Part shown: positions 46,047-55,411 of the stretch, one piece after another
Position numbering within the stretch: position 1 is the first letter of the stretch
Layout of the letters: every line of letters begins with the position of its first letter
From: an uncultured virus (IMG/VR IMGVR_UViG_3300042257_000362)
Lineage: Duplodnaviria; Heunggongvirae; Uroviricota; Caudoviricetes
Virus record (IMG/VR): IMGVR_UViG_3300042257_000362
Span: 1 to 64,000 of that record
DNA: 64,000 nt
Strand: one strand, 5' to 3'
The notes under the pieces: model-generated
What the model was told of the DNA's origin: nothing
What the model saw: the letters and a program-made list of their open reading frames with translations, nothing else
Database searches by the model: none
Made by a program: the position numbers and the translations under genes

Positions 46047-47573
46047 ATGAGATTTGAAATATGGGATGCCATTAGGATAGAAAATTTAACCAGTAAAGAA
46101 AAACTGCTATGGTTTGATACACTAAACTATGGCTTAGAGGAAGACAGAGGATACAAATTAAATGATCCTAATATTCAAACAATACAAGAGTCGATTAGAG
46201 AAGATTATATAACTTATTTGGAAGAGTGTCATAAAAGCAAGTTATTTCATTCGTATTTTGTGTTGTATGATAATTCTGTTATTGTGTCATTGTGTCGAGT
46301 GATTTTGAATGAACAAGGACAATATTTAGTTGAAGGATTAGAAACACACAGAAGCTATAGAAAACGAGGTTATGCAAAAGCCCTAGAGAATCGCGTTTTT
46401 GAAGTTCTCAATAAGAGTAATGTAAAAACAGTATTTGCAAAAGTGTCAAAACATAATGAAGAATCACTTGCATTTCATTCAAAAATGGGCTATGAAGTTT
46501 ATTCTGAAACAGATAGTGAATACTTGCTGCAATATAAAATACCAAGTGAAGAAGATAATATGCTAAGAATTAAGTTGATTAATCTAGTTCTTAATTCTTT
46601 TGAATTTGATTATAAACTTGTTGATTTTCAAACATATTATAACTATATCAATTTTGAATCTGATCCTATCCAAGTCAAGATTATTGCTAAAGTAACTCTA
46701 AGTAATCAACGAGAGTATGTTATTAGAATTTTAAGAGAAAATCATATTACATTCGATGAAATAGTAAAACAAAATGAGTTATCTGAGATTTTTAGAGCAA
46801 ATGGTATTAATACACCGAAGAAGTATAATTTTGAGGGAAAACTTGTGAAAAAAATCTATCATAATAACTATATGATGTATGCTACTATTGAAGATTACGT
46901 AGGCGATCACATAAAAAAGCTGAACAAGAACACTTTATATGAATGTGGTAAATTACTTGCGAAAACTCACAAAGTTTCTGAAGAATTAACTCTCTCCATA
47001 GAATCAGATGGATATGTATATAATTTTGCAGGGAAAAACGAAGTAGTCTTAATTGACAAACTTGTTGATTTATCCATTAAATTCAATTTTGAAACAGATA
47101 AAATTAAGAAAATACATCAACTATATCTTCTAAAACATAAAAGAATCGTTAAAGCGTTAAATAACTTAAAGCGCTATGCTGTACAAGGAGATTTGAACAC
47201 AAATAATATTAGCCTATATAACAATGAGTTATGGTTATATGACTATAACATTGCCTGTAATGAATATTTTGTTGTTATGTTAGCAATAGATGCATTAATG
47301 ATGATTTACGAGGAAGAATTCGAGGAGTACTTATCAAAAGAGGATAAATTTAGGACTTTTATTTCAGGATATAAATCAGTTAGAACTATGAATGAATCTG
47401 AAGAGTTATTGTTACCACAAATATTTGAATTAGCTGATACATTGTGGTTTTCAAAAATTCATATCAGGAAGACATCACTTGAAAGACTACTTGATAAAAA
47501 TGAAATAGACAAAGCAAAAACTTTAGTTGATGAAATTTATATAAATTTAAGTGCTGCAGTAGACTATATATAG
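46047..47573 (+). CDS. GNAT acetyltransferase / APH-like kinase fusion
   Basis: YRKRGYAK and NEESLAFHSKMGY (GNAT); QGDLNTNN and LYDYN (kinase). Confidence 0.75.
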   Translation: MRFEIWDAIRIENLTSKEKLLWFDTLNYGLEEDRGYKLNDPNIQTIQESIREDYITYLEECHKSKLFHSYFVLYDNSVIVSLCRVILNEQGQYLVEGLETHRSYRKRGYAKALENRVFEVLNKSNVKTVFAKVSKHNEESLAFHSKMGYEVYSETDSEYLLQYKIPSEEDNMLRIKLINLVLNSFEFDYKLVDFQTYYNYINFESDPIQVKIIAKVTLSNQREYVIRILRENHITFDEIVKQNELSEIFRANGINTPKKYNFEGKLVKKIYHNNYMMYATIEDYVGDHIKKLNKNTLYECGKLLAKTHKVSEELTLSIESDGYVYNFAGKNEVVLIDKLVDLSIKFNFETDKIKKIHQLYLLKHKRIVKALNNLKRYAVQGDLNTNNISLYNNELWLYDYNIACNEYFVVMLAIDALMMIYEEEFEEYLSKEDKFRTFISGYKSVRTMNESEELLLPQIFELADTLWFSKIHIRKTSLERLLDKNEIDKAKTLVDEIYINLSAAVDYI

Positions 47574-47592
47574 TATTTGAAGGAGGTTCATT

Positions 47593-48249
47593 ATGGCAGA
47601 TTTATATGGAAGAACTTATGAATATGTAACTAGAGCAGAATTGTCGCCAGCAAGAGAGCAAATAGAAAAAATTATTGGATCTCTGCATACAAAATTAAGA
47701 AAAGAAGGCGTAACATTTGAACACAAACTTATTGGTAGTGTTGGAAAGAATCTAGTGACAAAAGTAGTCGGTGGAAACAAAGGATTTGACTTTGACTATA
47801 ACTTTGTTATTCAAAAAGATAATGACTTAGAGGCAAAAGAATTACGTCAATTATTCGTTCGTAAACTTGAGGAAATTGTTGCTAAAACCAATTATAAGAC
47901 TGTTTCAGATGGAGAACAATCATTTACAATTAAAGTGGTTGATAAAAAGAAAAGCCAAATCAAATATGGATGTGATTTCGCTATAGTGAACGAGTATATA
48001 GATAATCAAAACAACTTCAGACAGCAAATACTTGTCAAGCATTCAAACAACAACTACGGTTGGGAAGATAAGCCTATTGCAAAGAATTATTCTACCAAAG
48101 TTTCAAATCTAAAGGCTAACGGTTTATGGAATGAAGTTCGAGATGAATATTTGAAAGTAAAAAATAACAATAGAGATGGAAACAAGAAATCATATACAAT
48201 GTATTATGAGGCTGTAAATAATGTGTACGGTAGATATCGCTGGGTCTAG
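47593..48249 (+). CDS. Nucleotidyltransferase, cGAS/DncV-like catalytic core
   Basis: LIGSVG, DFDYN, third Asp in CDFAI. Confidence 0.72.
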   Translation: MADLYGRTYEYVTRAELSPAREQIEKIIGSLHTKLRKEGVTFEHKLIGSVGKNLVTKVVGGNKGFDFDYNFVIQKDNDLEAKELRQLFVRKLEEIVAKTNYKTVSDGEQSFTIKVVDKKKSQIKYGCDFAIVNEYIDNQNNFRQQILVKHSNNNYGWEDKPIAKNYSTKVSNLKANGLWNEVRDEYLKVKNNNRDGNKKSYTMYYEAVNNVYGRYRWV

Positions 48250-48973
48250 CCCTTTGGTAACTAAACTCTCACTTGATATTTCAAAGGACGATTTCGTTTC
48301 AAGGATGGAGTTTGAAAATGAAAAGGAACGAGATCGGTGTTTGCAGTATCTTGACCTAAAGGGAGTAGCATACCATACAGTATTAGTCAATTATATAGGA
48401 CTTAATAAAGATGGAAAGATCCAATATAAAAGAGTTCAGAACTTATACATTTATGACAAAAGGGTAAGAAATATACTCTATCGATTTTTGTCTGCTCTAG
48501 AAGAGGGAATTAGAGGTTTCATTGCAAATAAATATTGTGGAAAATTAGATAACATTAAGAAACTTTCTAAATCAATTCATAAGTCGATTACTGAGGGTAG
48601 CAGTCTCTCGAAAGAATTAGAAGATCTTGATTTTAATAAACTGATGAATCTTACAAAAAAGCTTACTGTTAAAGAGAAAAGGTCCTTGTTTGGTAGAACA
48701 GATAGACTTGAAGAGAATTTGCTTGCAGTTAAGCAGCTAAGAAATGCAGTAAGCCATCATAGAATGTTATTTGTCTATGAAGACTTATATGAATGCTATT
48801 TTGAGGATGGAACAATAGGTGATTCGCTTATGGATAATATTGTGAATCTCAGACAACTATTGAATCCATATTATATAGATTTCTTTACTAAGGCAATCAA
48901 CAACAGTTCAGTTGATGAAAAAGATTTAACTTTTGTAACCACATTGCCTGATAAAGCAATTTTACATTTTTGA
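48221..48973 (+). CDS. Abi-family (AbiD/F-like) HEPN ribonuclease
   Basis: LYIYDKRVRNIL...LEEGIR and RNAVSHH (RxxxxH); start uncertain. Confidence 0.8.
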   Translation: MCTVDIAGSSPLVTKLSLDISKDDFVSRMEFENEKERDRCLQYLDLKGVAYHTVLVNYIGLNKDGKIQYKRVQNLYIYDKRVRNILYRFLSALEEGIRGFIANKYCGKLDNIKKLSKSIHKSITEGSSLSKELEDLDFNKLMNLTKKLTVKEKRSLFGRTDRLEENLLAVKQLRNAVSHHRMLFVYEDLYECYFEDGTIGDSLMDNIVNLRQLLNPYYIDFFTKAINNSSVDEKDLTFVTTLPDKAILHF

Positions 48974-49011
48974 GATAGCCTTTATATGATATAGTTTTGG
49001 GAGGAAAAGAT

Positions 49012-49530
49012 ATGAGTTGGGAGTATAATGAATATACAAAACCGTGTCCTTGTGGTAAAGGATTAATAAGAGTTGTAGATGGTTCAAATGACTGGGGACA
49101 AACATCTCATGATGAAACCATTTTATGTCCTGAATGCAAAGAAAAAGCAAAAGTAGCAAGAGCTCAAAAAGAAGAGAGATTCAGAGTTGCTAATAACAAG
49201 ATCTCACTAGCAGTTTCTTATTTTAGAGATAACTACTCTCATTTATTAGAGAGTAAATTTGAGAATACAAAAAGTAAAAAAGCTATTTGGCAGGTTGCCT
49301 ATGATTTAGGTATAGAAACTCAAAGCCTTGCAACTTTTTATAAACATTTTATTTCAAAAGAAAAATACATTCACGGTCTGATTTCTTGGTATAGAATACA
49401 CTCGATTATTCTTGCTCTTGAAATAAAGGATCAGAGACTTGAAGAGTTATATAAAGATGCTAAAGCTCATATTAAAGAGTTTGATGATGAACGTGCTGCA
49501 GCTGCCTACATGTATTATAAAGGTAGGTAA
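49012..49530 (+). CDS. Zinc-ribbon hypothetical protein
   Basis: CPCGKG...NDWG...CPEC; own promoter and GGAGG RBS. Confidence 0.7.
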   Translation: MSWEYNEYTKPCPCGKGLIRVVDGSNDWGQTSHDETILCPECKEKAKVARAQKEERFRVANNKISLAVSYFRDNYSHLLESKFENTKSKKAIWQVAYDLGIETQSLATFYKHFISKEKYIHGLISWYRIHSIILALEIKDQRLEELYKDAKAHIKEFDDERAAAAYMYYKGR

Positions 49531-49567
49531 ATGACGATAATAAAAGGTATTATAGGGGGTTGGTTAC

Positions 49568-50857
49568 ATGAAGTATATGAGTTTTAATCGATCGTGTTCA
49601 TATACATGTTTGGCTTATATGATAGGGGATTATGGTTTGAATTATACGGATAAAGATATAGCACTTGAAATGAAACTGGCATATCTTTTATATAATGACT
49701 CAAAGAATAATGAATATCTATCAGGTGCAATGTTACAAGGGAAGAGATGGTTTGATTTATTCTTGAATCGTCATTCTTTTGAGTTTATTGAAGACGAATA
49801 TAAGAAAAATGTTGCGTTATCTGTCATTAAGAATTCTAATAGAAAATTAATGGTGGGGATAAATTTAAAAACCGGTAAACACGCTATGGTTTATTGTCCA
49901 TCAGAAACACAACTGTTTAGATTCTTTAATCCTCATTATGAGAATGATGGTGTTGCTGACTTTTTTGTCTATTCAGAACAAGAATTACTTGATCTTCTAG
50001 ATGATGAGGTGACTATTGGCTACATTAATCATAATCCGAGAATTACTGTTCCTGAGCTTGAACTATATGGTCATTCATGTGGTTATCTAGATAAATATGT
50101 GGTAGACATAATTGAATTTTGTTCGATTGAACATACACTTGATGAGATAGGAGAAGTAAAAGAATCATTGTTTGCTGGACTATTACTTTCACCAATACCA
50201 TTGTTAGAATTCGAGGGAGAGAACGAACTTGTTGATTGCCTTAAAAAACTACAAACAGACTTTATTCGTGCCCTTCGACAAACAAAAACTAGTATTAGAC
50301 TATTAGATTATTTTAATCCTTTAGAGCTTAATGCATGTGTTAGGAAGTATAAGGAATCAATTAAAAGGAAAGCAATGCTGGACAGTTTAATTATCAGAAA
50401 AGCTACAGATGAAGATGCAGAAGGAAAAGGATATGTTCATTATCAAAGTTGGATTGAAACATATACTGGTCTTTTTCCTGATGAAGTTATGGCAAGATTA
50501 TCTTTAGAAAAGAATATACAATTAGCAAAAGACTATCCAGAGAACACATATGTTGCCATTGTAGATAATAAGATTATTGGATTCTGTTGCTATCTTGAAT
50601 CAAGAGATGATGATTTAGAAGATACTGGCGAAATTGTGGCAATATACATATTAAAGGAATATCAAGGTCTCGGTATTGGAAAGCAATTGATGGAAGTATG
50701 CTATAAAGAATTAAGTAAATATTCAAAACTATCACTATTGGTACTTGGAAGTAATAAGAAATCAGTAGGTTTTTATGAGAAACAAGGGTTTATTGCTGAT
50801 GGTAAAACAAAGATACTTCATGGAAAAGAAGTTATTAGAATGATTAAGAGTTTGTGA
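49568..50857 (+). CDS. C39-peptidase-like domain fused to GNAT
   Basis: SCSYTC...HAMV...FFNP; C-terminal YQGLGIGK...FYEKQGF. Confidence 0.65.
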   Translation: MKYMSFNRSCSYTCLAYMIGDYGLNYTDKDIALEMKLAYLLYNDSKNNEYLSGAMLQGKRWFDLFLNRHSFEFIEDEYKKNVALSVIKNSNRKLMVGINLKTGKHAMVYCPSETQLFRFFNPHYENDGVADFFVYSEQELLDLLDDEVTIGYINHNPRITVPELELYGHSCGYLDKYVVDIIEFCSIEHTLDEIGEVKESLFAGLLLSPIPLLEFEGENELVDCLKKLQTDFIRALRQTKTSIRLLDYFNPLELNACVRKYKESIKRKAMLDSLIIRKATDEDAEGKGYVHYQSWIETYTGLFPDEVMARLSLEKNIQLAKDYPENTYVAIVDNKIIGFCCYLESRDDDLEDTGEIVAIYILKEYQGLGIGKQLMEVCYKELSKYSKLSLLVLGSNKKSVGFYEKQGFIADGKTKILHGKEVIRMIKSL

Positions 50858-50866
50858 GGTGATGAC

Positions 50867-51331
50867 ATGTTTTCATTCTTCGAGTTTGATGATCTAACTG
50901 ATGGTGAAATTAGATTAGTAGTTGATGAGTTGATTCCAGAAGACAAAGAAAAAGGTTTTGTTCCAGCATATAAGTTTAACATTGTAGAAGAAAAATCAGA
51001 TCTGAAAGTTGGTTTTATTGATGTCAGAATTGGACATAATAAAGGTTTGTATTATGGTGGCAATATTGGATATACAGTATATGAAAAACATAGAGGACAT
51101 AATTACGCTTTAAAAGCATGTAAATTAATAAAGAATGTTGCTATCAAACATAACATGGAATATCTATATGTTACTTGTAATCCTGATAACATAGCTTCAA
51201 GAAGAACATGCGAAAAGTTAGGGTTACCTTTGCTAGAAATTGTTGAATTACCAGAAGATAATGATATGTATAAAGAAGGTGAAAGGCAAAAGTGTATATA
51301 TTATTGGAGACTTTTGCCTAGATTGAGCTAA
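50867..51331 (+). CDS. GNAT acetyltransferase
   Basis: GGNIGY, HRGHNYA, NIASRRTCEKLG. Confidence 0.88.
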   Translation: MFSFFEFDDLTDGEIRLVVDELIPEDKEKGFVPAYKFNIVEEKSDLKVGFIDVRIGHNKGLYYGGNIGYTVYEKHRGHNYALKACKLIKNVAIKHNMEYLYVTCNPDNIASRRTCEKLGLPLLEIVELPEDNDMYKEGERQKCIYYWRLLPRLS

Positions 51332-51375
51332 AACTACGAAATATTGTAGTAATTTGTTAAGAGAGAAGTGATTAT

Positions 51376-51876
51376 GTGAAAGAAATATCAAACTGTAAAT
51401 ATTGTGGAGGTTCATTATCAACTTAAAGTATCAAAGGAGAGGGAAATATACCATATTGTATGGATTGTGATGAATTGTTCTTTCCAACATCCGATATTGC
51501 AATTTTAGGAATAATCGTAAATGATTCAAATCAAGTTCTTATGTTGAAACAACAAGTAGTTAACGAGTATTATGTTCTCGTTGCAGGATATTACAAAAAA
51601 GGCGAACAATTAGAAGATACACTCAAAAGAGAAGTTTTTGAAGAAACAGGTATTGATATCACAAATATTCAATATCATGGTAATAAATACTACGAGAAGA
51701 AAAATATCTTAATGTTTGTTTACTCTGCAAAGGCTATAACAACCGTTATAAGGATAAACGAATCAGAAGTTGATTCTGCAATTTGGGTTAATTTAGATAA
51801 AGCGATAAAATTAATGAGACCAGGATCAATTGGTGATATAGTTTTAAAAGAATATATTAATCATATTTCTAACTGA
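51376..51876 (+). pseudogene. NudC-like Nudix hydrolase with premature stop
   Basis: GTG start, CKYC...CMDC zinc finger split by TAA at 51424; Nudix box GYYKKGEQLEDTLKREVFEETG. Confidence 0.78.
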
Positions 51877-52031
51877 GATTTTTTCATCAAATCATAAAGA
51901 GTTTCATTATTCAAAAATTATAGAGTTCGATACCCAGCATTAAACAGATAGTTGAATAACCTATTTTGATACAAAGAAATTAATACTAAAAAAATGCAAA
52001 AAATAAAACCTCTAAACTAAGCCATAATTTA

Positions 52032-52080
52032 GGGGTGCAATTTTTTCGGGTGGGGGTGCAAAAATTTTGACTAGGGGTGT
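52032..52080 (+). repeat. Three GGGGTGY repeats, 21-bp period
   Basis: At 52032, 52053 and 52074. Confidence 0.8.
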
Positions 52081-52082
52081 AA

Positions 52083-52138
52083 AATTGTAGCAAAATAGGT
52101 CATACAACCCATATAAGAAGCATAGGTTTGATACAATT
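52083..52138. other. attP-like site of large serine recombinase
   Basis: Inverted repeat AATTGTAGCAAA/TTTGATACAATT, 56 bp, centred on CA at 52110-52111. Confidence 0.75.
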
Positions 52139-52155
52139 GTATCAGGCCTTTTTTT
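52124..52155 (+). terminator. Terminator-like hairpin built on the att arm
   Basis: AGGTT-TGATACAATTGTATCA-GGCCT plus T-run. Confidence 0.6.
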
Positions 52156-52249
52156 ACGCTATATAGGGCCGTTTCACGATTTGCCTCAATTTATCAAGCC
52201 TGAAAAGAGTATCGCTTTTACTAGATTTTGGACATTTCAATAGAATTTC

Positions 52250-52298
52250 TACACGATTATATTTCAAAATACACGATTTAAAATGGATTTACACGATT
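52250..52298 (+). repeat. Three TACACGATT repeats, 20-bp period
   Basis: At 52250, 52270 and 52290; partial CACGATT at 52175. Confidence 0.85.
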
Positions 52299-52426
52299 TC
52301 AGTAATCAAGCCATTTAACAGGTATGCTTGATTTTTTAGTAGGCTACACTATGATTTTATCCATTCAACACCTATCATCAAAATATATAATATGATATAA
52401 TAACGTTGATTATATGAGGTGATTTT

Positions 52427-53392
52427 ATGAAATATATAGCAAAAGAAAAAATTTACATAGACCCTAAACATTTGCTTACATACTATCAAATGACTACAAT
52501 AGACAACATTGAAGGAGCACTAAAGGATTCATTTCTTAACATCCTAGCTGACAATGCTGGATTAATTATGCGAACTGCAGATCTAAAAAATAAATATTTG
52601 GAAAGTCTAAAACAATATGAAAATATTGATATTGAAAGTTTAGAACATAAGTATTCCAATAAAAACTATGTTCAAATTTTTAAGAATTTAACAGGATCCA
52701 ATGTAAAGAATACCACAAACCTCTTGCGAGATAAAAATGTTAACTGGTATTATGGAAAAGGTGAATATGGTAATATTTCCCTTATTGAAGCCAAGTGTAT
52801 AGGATCTACTCAATTGCCACTTGGCTTTGACGAGATAAGAGCACATGGCAATAACTATTTTATATTCTTTAATAATGATGTTTCAAACGATCACCAGCTA
52901 CATGATGAGATAACCACTCTAACTTCTTTGAAGGATTCAATTTCTGATGATACCAAATTAACACAAGAAATTATCACAAAAAGTAGAAATATGAAACTTC
53001 AAAAAATATTTCGTAATAGCTGTTTAACAAAGGATAACTTTAAATGCGCTGTAGATGGTTGTGAAGTTTCTGATGAGCATTTATTGATTGCTTCACACAT
53101 AATTCCAGTTAGTGCAATTATAAAAGATAAAAATATGAGCATAAGTCAAAAAATATTATATATAACTAGTGATTCAAATGGTTTGACATTATGTCCGAAT
53201 CATGATGCTCTTTTAGACAAAAATTATATAACTTTTTCATCAGATAATTCAATTATTTTTCATAAAAAAATTAATAATGATAACAGGAAATCTTTAAACG
53301 TTTCAGGAGTAACAAAGTTAAAGAAACACCGTAGTGATGATGAGAAAATGAAACAGAACTTCGAGATGCTTAGAAAAGTGTTTTTGTCATAA
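52427..53392 (+). CDS. HNH endonuclease (restriction-associated type)
   Basis: CAVDGC, LIASHIIP, NGLTLCPNHDALLD. Confidence 0.85.
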   Translation: MKYIAKEKIYIDPKHLLTYYQMTTIDNIEGALKDSFLNILADNAGLIMRTADLKNKYLESLKQYENIDIESLEHKYSNKNYVQIFKNLTGSNVKNTTNLLRDKNVNWYYGKGEYGNISLIEAKCIGSTQLPLGFDEIRAHGNNYFIFFNNDVSNDHQLHDEITTLTSLKDSISDDTKLTQEIITKSRNMKLQKIFRNSCLTKDNFKCAVDGCEVSDEHLLIASHIIPVSAIIKDKNMSISQKILYITSDSNGLTLCPNHDALLDKNYITFSSDNSIIFHKKINNDNRKSLNVSGVTKLKKHRSDDEKMKQNFEMLRKVFLS

Positions 53393-53455
53393 ACTAATAG
53401 TGAGTGGATTACTGTAATTTAATATGCTATAATCAATACAATGGAGGAGATTAGA

Positions 53456-54559
53456 ATGAGAGAAAACAACAAGTTTTTACAGGATCAAATTATTACTTAT
53501 TTGGGTAATAAAAGAAGCTTGAATCCATATATTGAAAACGAAATAAAGAAAATTAAGAAGTCTCTTAATAAAGACAAGTTGGTTACACTAGATTTATTTT
53601 CTGGATCTGGAATCGTAGCTAGAATGCTAAAAAAGCATTCTGAGAAACTTATTGCGAACGACTTAGAAGAGTATTCTCAAATCATAAATGAATGTTATTT
53701 AAGTAATCATTCAGATTTTGATAGAAAGAAGTACGACTTATATAAAGAAAAACTAGATGATTTATTATCCAATAAAGTATATAAAAAAGGAATCATCACT
53801 TCAAACTATGCTCCTAAAAATGATTTGCATATTAAAAAAGGAGAAAGATGTTTTTATACAACAGAAAATGCACAGATTATTGATACAATAAGAGACTTCG
53901 TTGATACCATTGAAGAACCTATGAAAAAATATTTTTTAGCACCTTTACTATATCAAGCATCTGTTAATACAAATACAGCTGGGATATTTAAGGGGTTCTA
54001 TAAAGATTCATCAACTGGAATTGGAAAATACGGTGGAAACGGTGAGTTTGCTTTAAAAAGAATAAAAGGTAAAATACAAATACTGGAACCAATATTTAGT
54101 AACTTTGAAACTGATGTTTTAGTCACTAGAGAAGATGCTAATAACCTTGTTAAAAGAGAAAAAAACTTTGATGTTGTTTACATTGATCCGCCTTATAACC
54201 AACACCCTTATGGATCAAACTACTTTATGTTAAACTTGATTTTAAGTAATAAAATGCCAGATAATATAAGTAAAGTTTCTGGAATACCAAAAAATTGGAA
54301 CAGGTCAGATTATAATTATAAAGCTAAAGCCCTAAATGCCTTTGATGATTTAATTAAGAATATTGATAGTAAATTTATTATCATATCGTATAACTCTGAA
54401 GGAATAATATCATATGATGAAATGATAAAACTGCTAAAACCATATGGTGAATTAACTATTAAGGAAATCGTTTATAATACTTTTAGAGGTAGTAGAAACC
54501 TTAGTGAACGAAGTTTGTATGTTCAAGAGTATTTGTTTGTTTTAAAGAGGGGGGATTAA
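53456..54559 (+). CDS. Type II N6-adenine DNA methyltransferase (Dam/D12 class)
   Basis: YLGNKRSL, DLFSGSG, YIDPPYN, ISYN. Confidence 0.92.
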   Translation: MRENNKFLQDQIITYLGNKRSLNPYIENEIKKIKKSLNKDKLVTLDLFSGSGIVARMLKKHSEKLIANDLEEYSQIINECYLSNHSDFDRKKYDLYKEKLDDLLSNKVYKKGIITSNYAPKNDLHIKKGERCFYTTENAQIIDTIRDFVDTIEEPMKKYFLAPLLYQASVNTNTAGIFKGFYKDSSTGIGKYGGNGEFALKRIKGKIQILEPIFSNFETDVLVTREDANNLVKREKNFDVVYIDPPYNQHPYGSNYFMLNLILSNKMPDNISKVSGIPKNWNRSDYNYKAKALNAFDDLIKNIDSKFIIISYNSEGIISYDEMIKLLKPYGELTIKEIVYNTFRGSRNLSERSLYVQEYLFVLKRGD

Positions 54560-54560
54560 A

Positions 54561-55271
54561 TTGAGTCAAAGAGAATCGTTGAGAGAAAGATACGAGCAAC
54601 ACAAACCTAAAAACACTAGATCTAAAAAGACAGATAAGGCTATTTATTCATCAATGGAAGCTGTTATTGAATATTTACATCATAGATTTAAAGGGATGTT
54701 GGATGATTATGAAATCACATTCGAGAAAAATATCAAAATAGATTATATGATAAAATTCATAAAGCAAAAAGGTATCAGACTAGAGTTTGATTATGACTTT
54801 GAAGATCGTAAAATCATCCCTGATGGAGGAGTGCTGTTCTTAAATAAAAAGTCTTCAGAAGAGTTGAAAAAACCGTTACTTATTTCTGAAATCAAAGTAC
54901 AAGGAACTAATAAAAAAAGACTTAAAGAGGGGAAAACGAAACAAGCTACAGGTAATGCCATTGAACGTTTAGGTAAGAACTTAACTGGAATTAAAGCAAT
55001 GATGAATCACGAGAAGATTACTCCATTTGTTTGTTTTGGACAAGGATGTGATTTTGCTCCAGAAGTGAAGACAGTTTTAGCTAAAGTTCACATTTTAAAC
55101 GAATTTTATGATTTGAATAGAACACATGTTTTCAAAAAGGATGGTAATTCAGATAACAATTACTATAGTCCTGTCTCTATGTATTTTAGGGAAGAAGACT
55201 GGTCAGAAGAAGAAATGTTTGATATAATGAAGGAAATCGCAGAAACTGCCTTAAGATATTATATCTTTTAA
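54561..55271 (+). CDS. EcoRI-family type II restriction endonuclease
   Basis: PDGG...SEIKVQG and ATGNAIER motifs as in EcoRI. Confidence 0.85.
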   Translation: MSQRESLRERYEQHKPKNTRSKKTDKAIYSSMEAVIEYLHHRFKGMLDDYEITFEKNIKIDYMIKFIKQKGIRLEFDYDFEDRKIIPDGGVLFLNKKSSEELKKPLLISEIKVQGTNKKRLKEGKTKQATGNAIERLGKNLTGIKAMMNHEKITPFVCFGQGCDFAPEVKTVLAKVHILNEFYDLNRTHVFKKDGNSDNNYYSPVSMYFREEDWSEEEMFDIMKEIAETALRYYIF

Positions 55272-55411
55272 TATCATTGAGATCTAAATTCTTTTGAATT
55301 TTGGTCTCTTTTTAGTTATGCTCCATGATGCCATTATCAAATATGTACAAGAATACCTTTTGATGATACAATATAATTGTTAATACGGACAAGGATAAGG
55401 TGGTATTACAT

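Larger units (their letters stand above)
44942..52110. mobile_element. Right arm of a second related element (recombinase remnant plus cargo)
   Basis: Recombinase C-terminus, terminator, promoter, HExxH gene and terminal GGGGTG repeats parallel element I. Confidence 0.8.
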
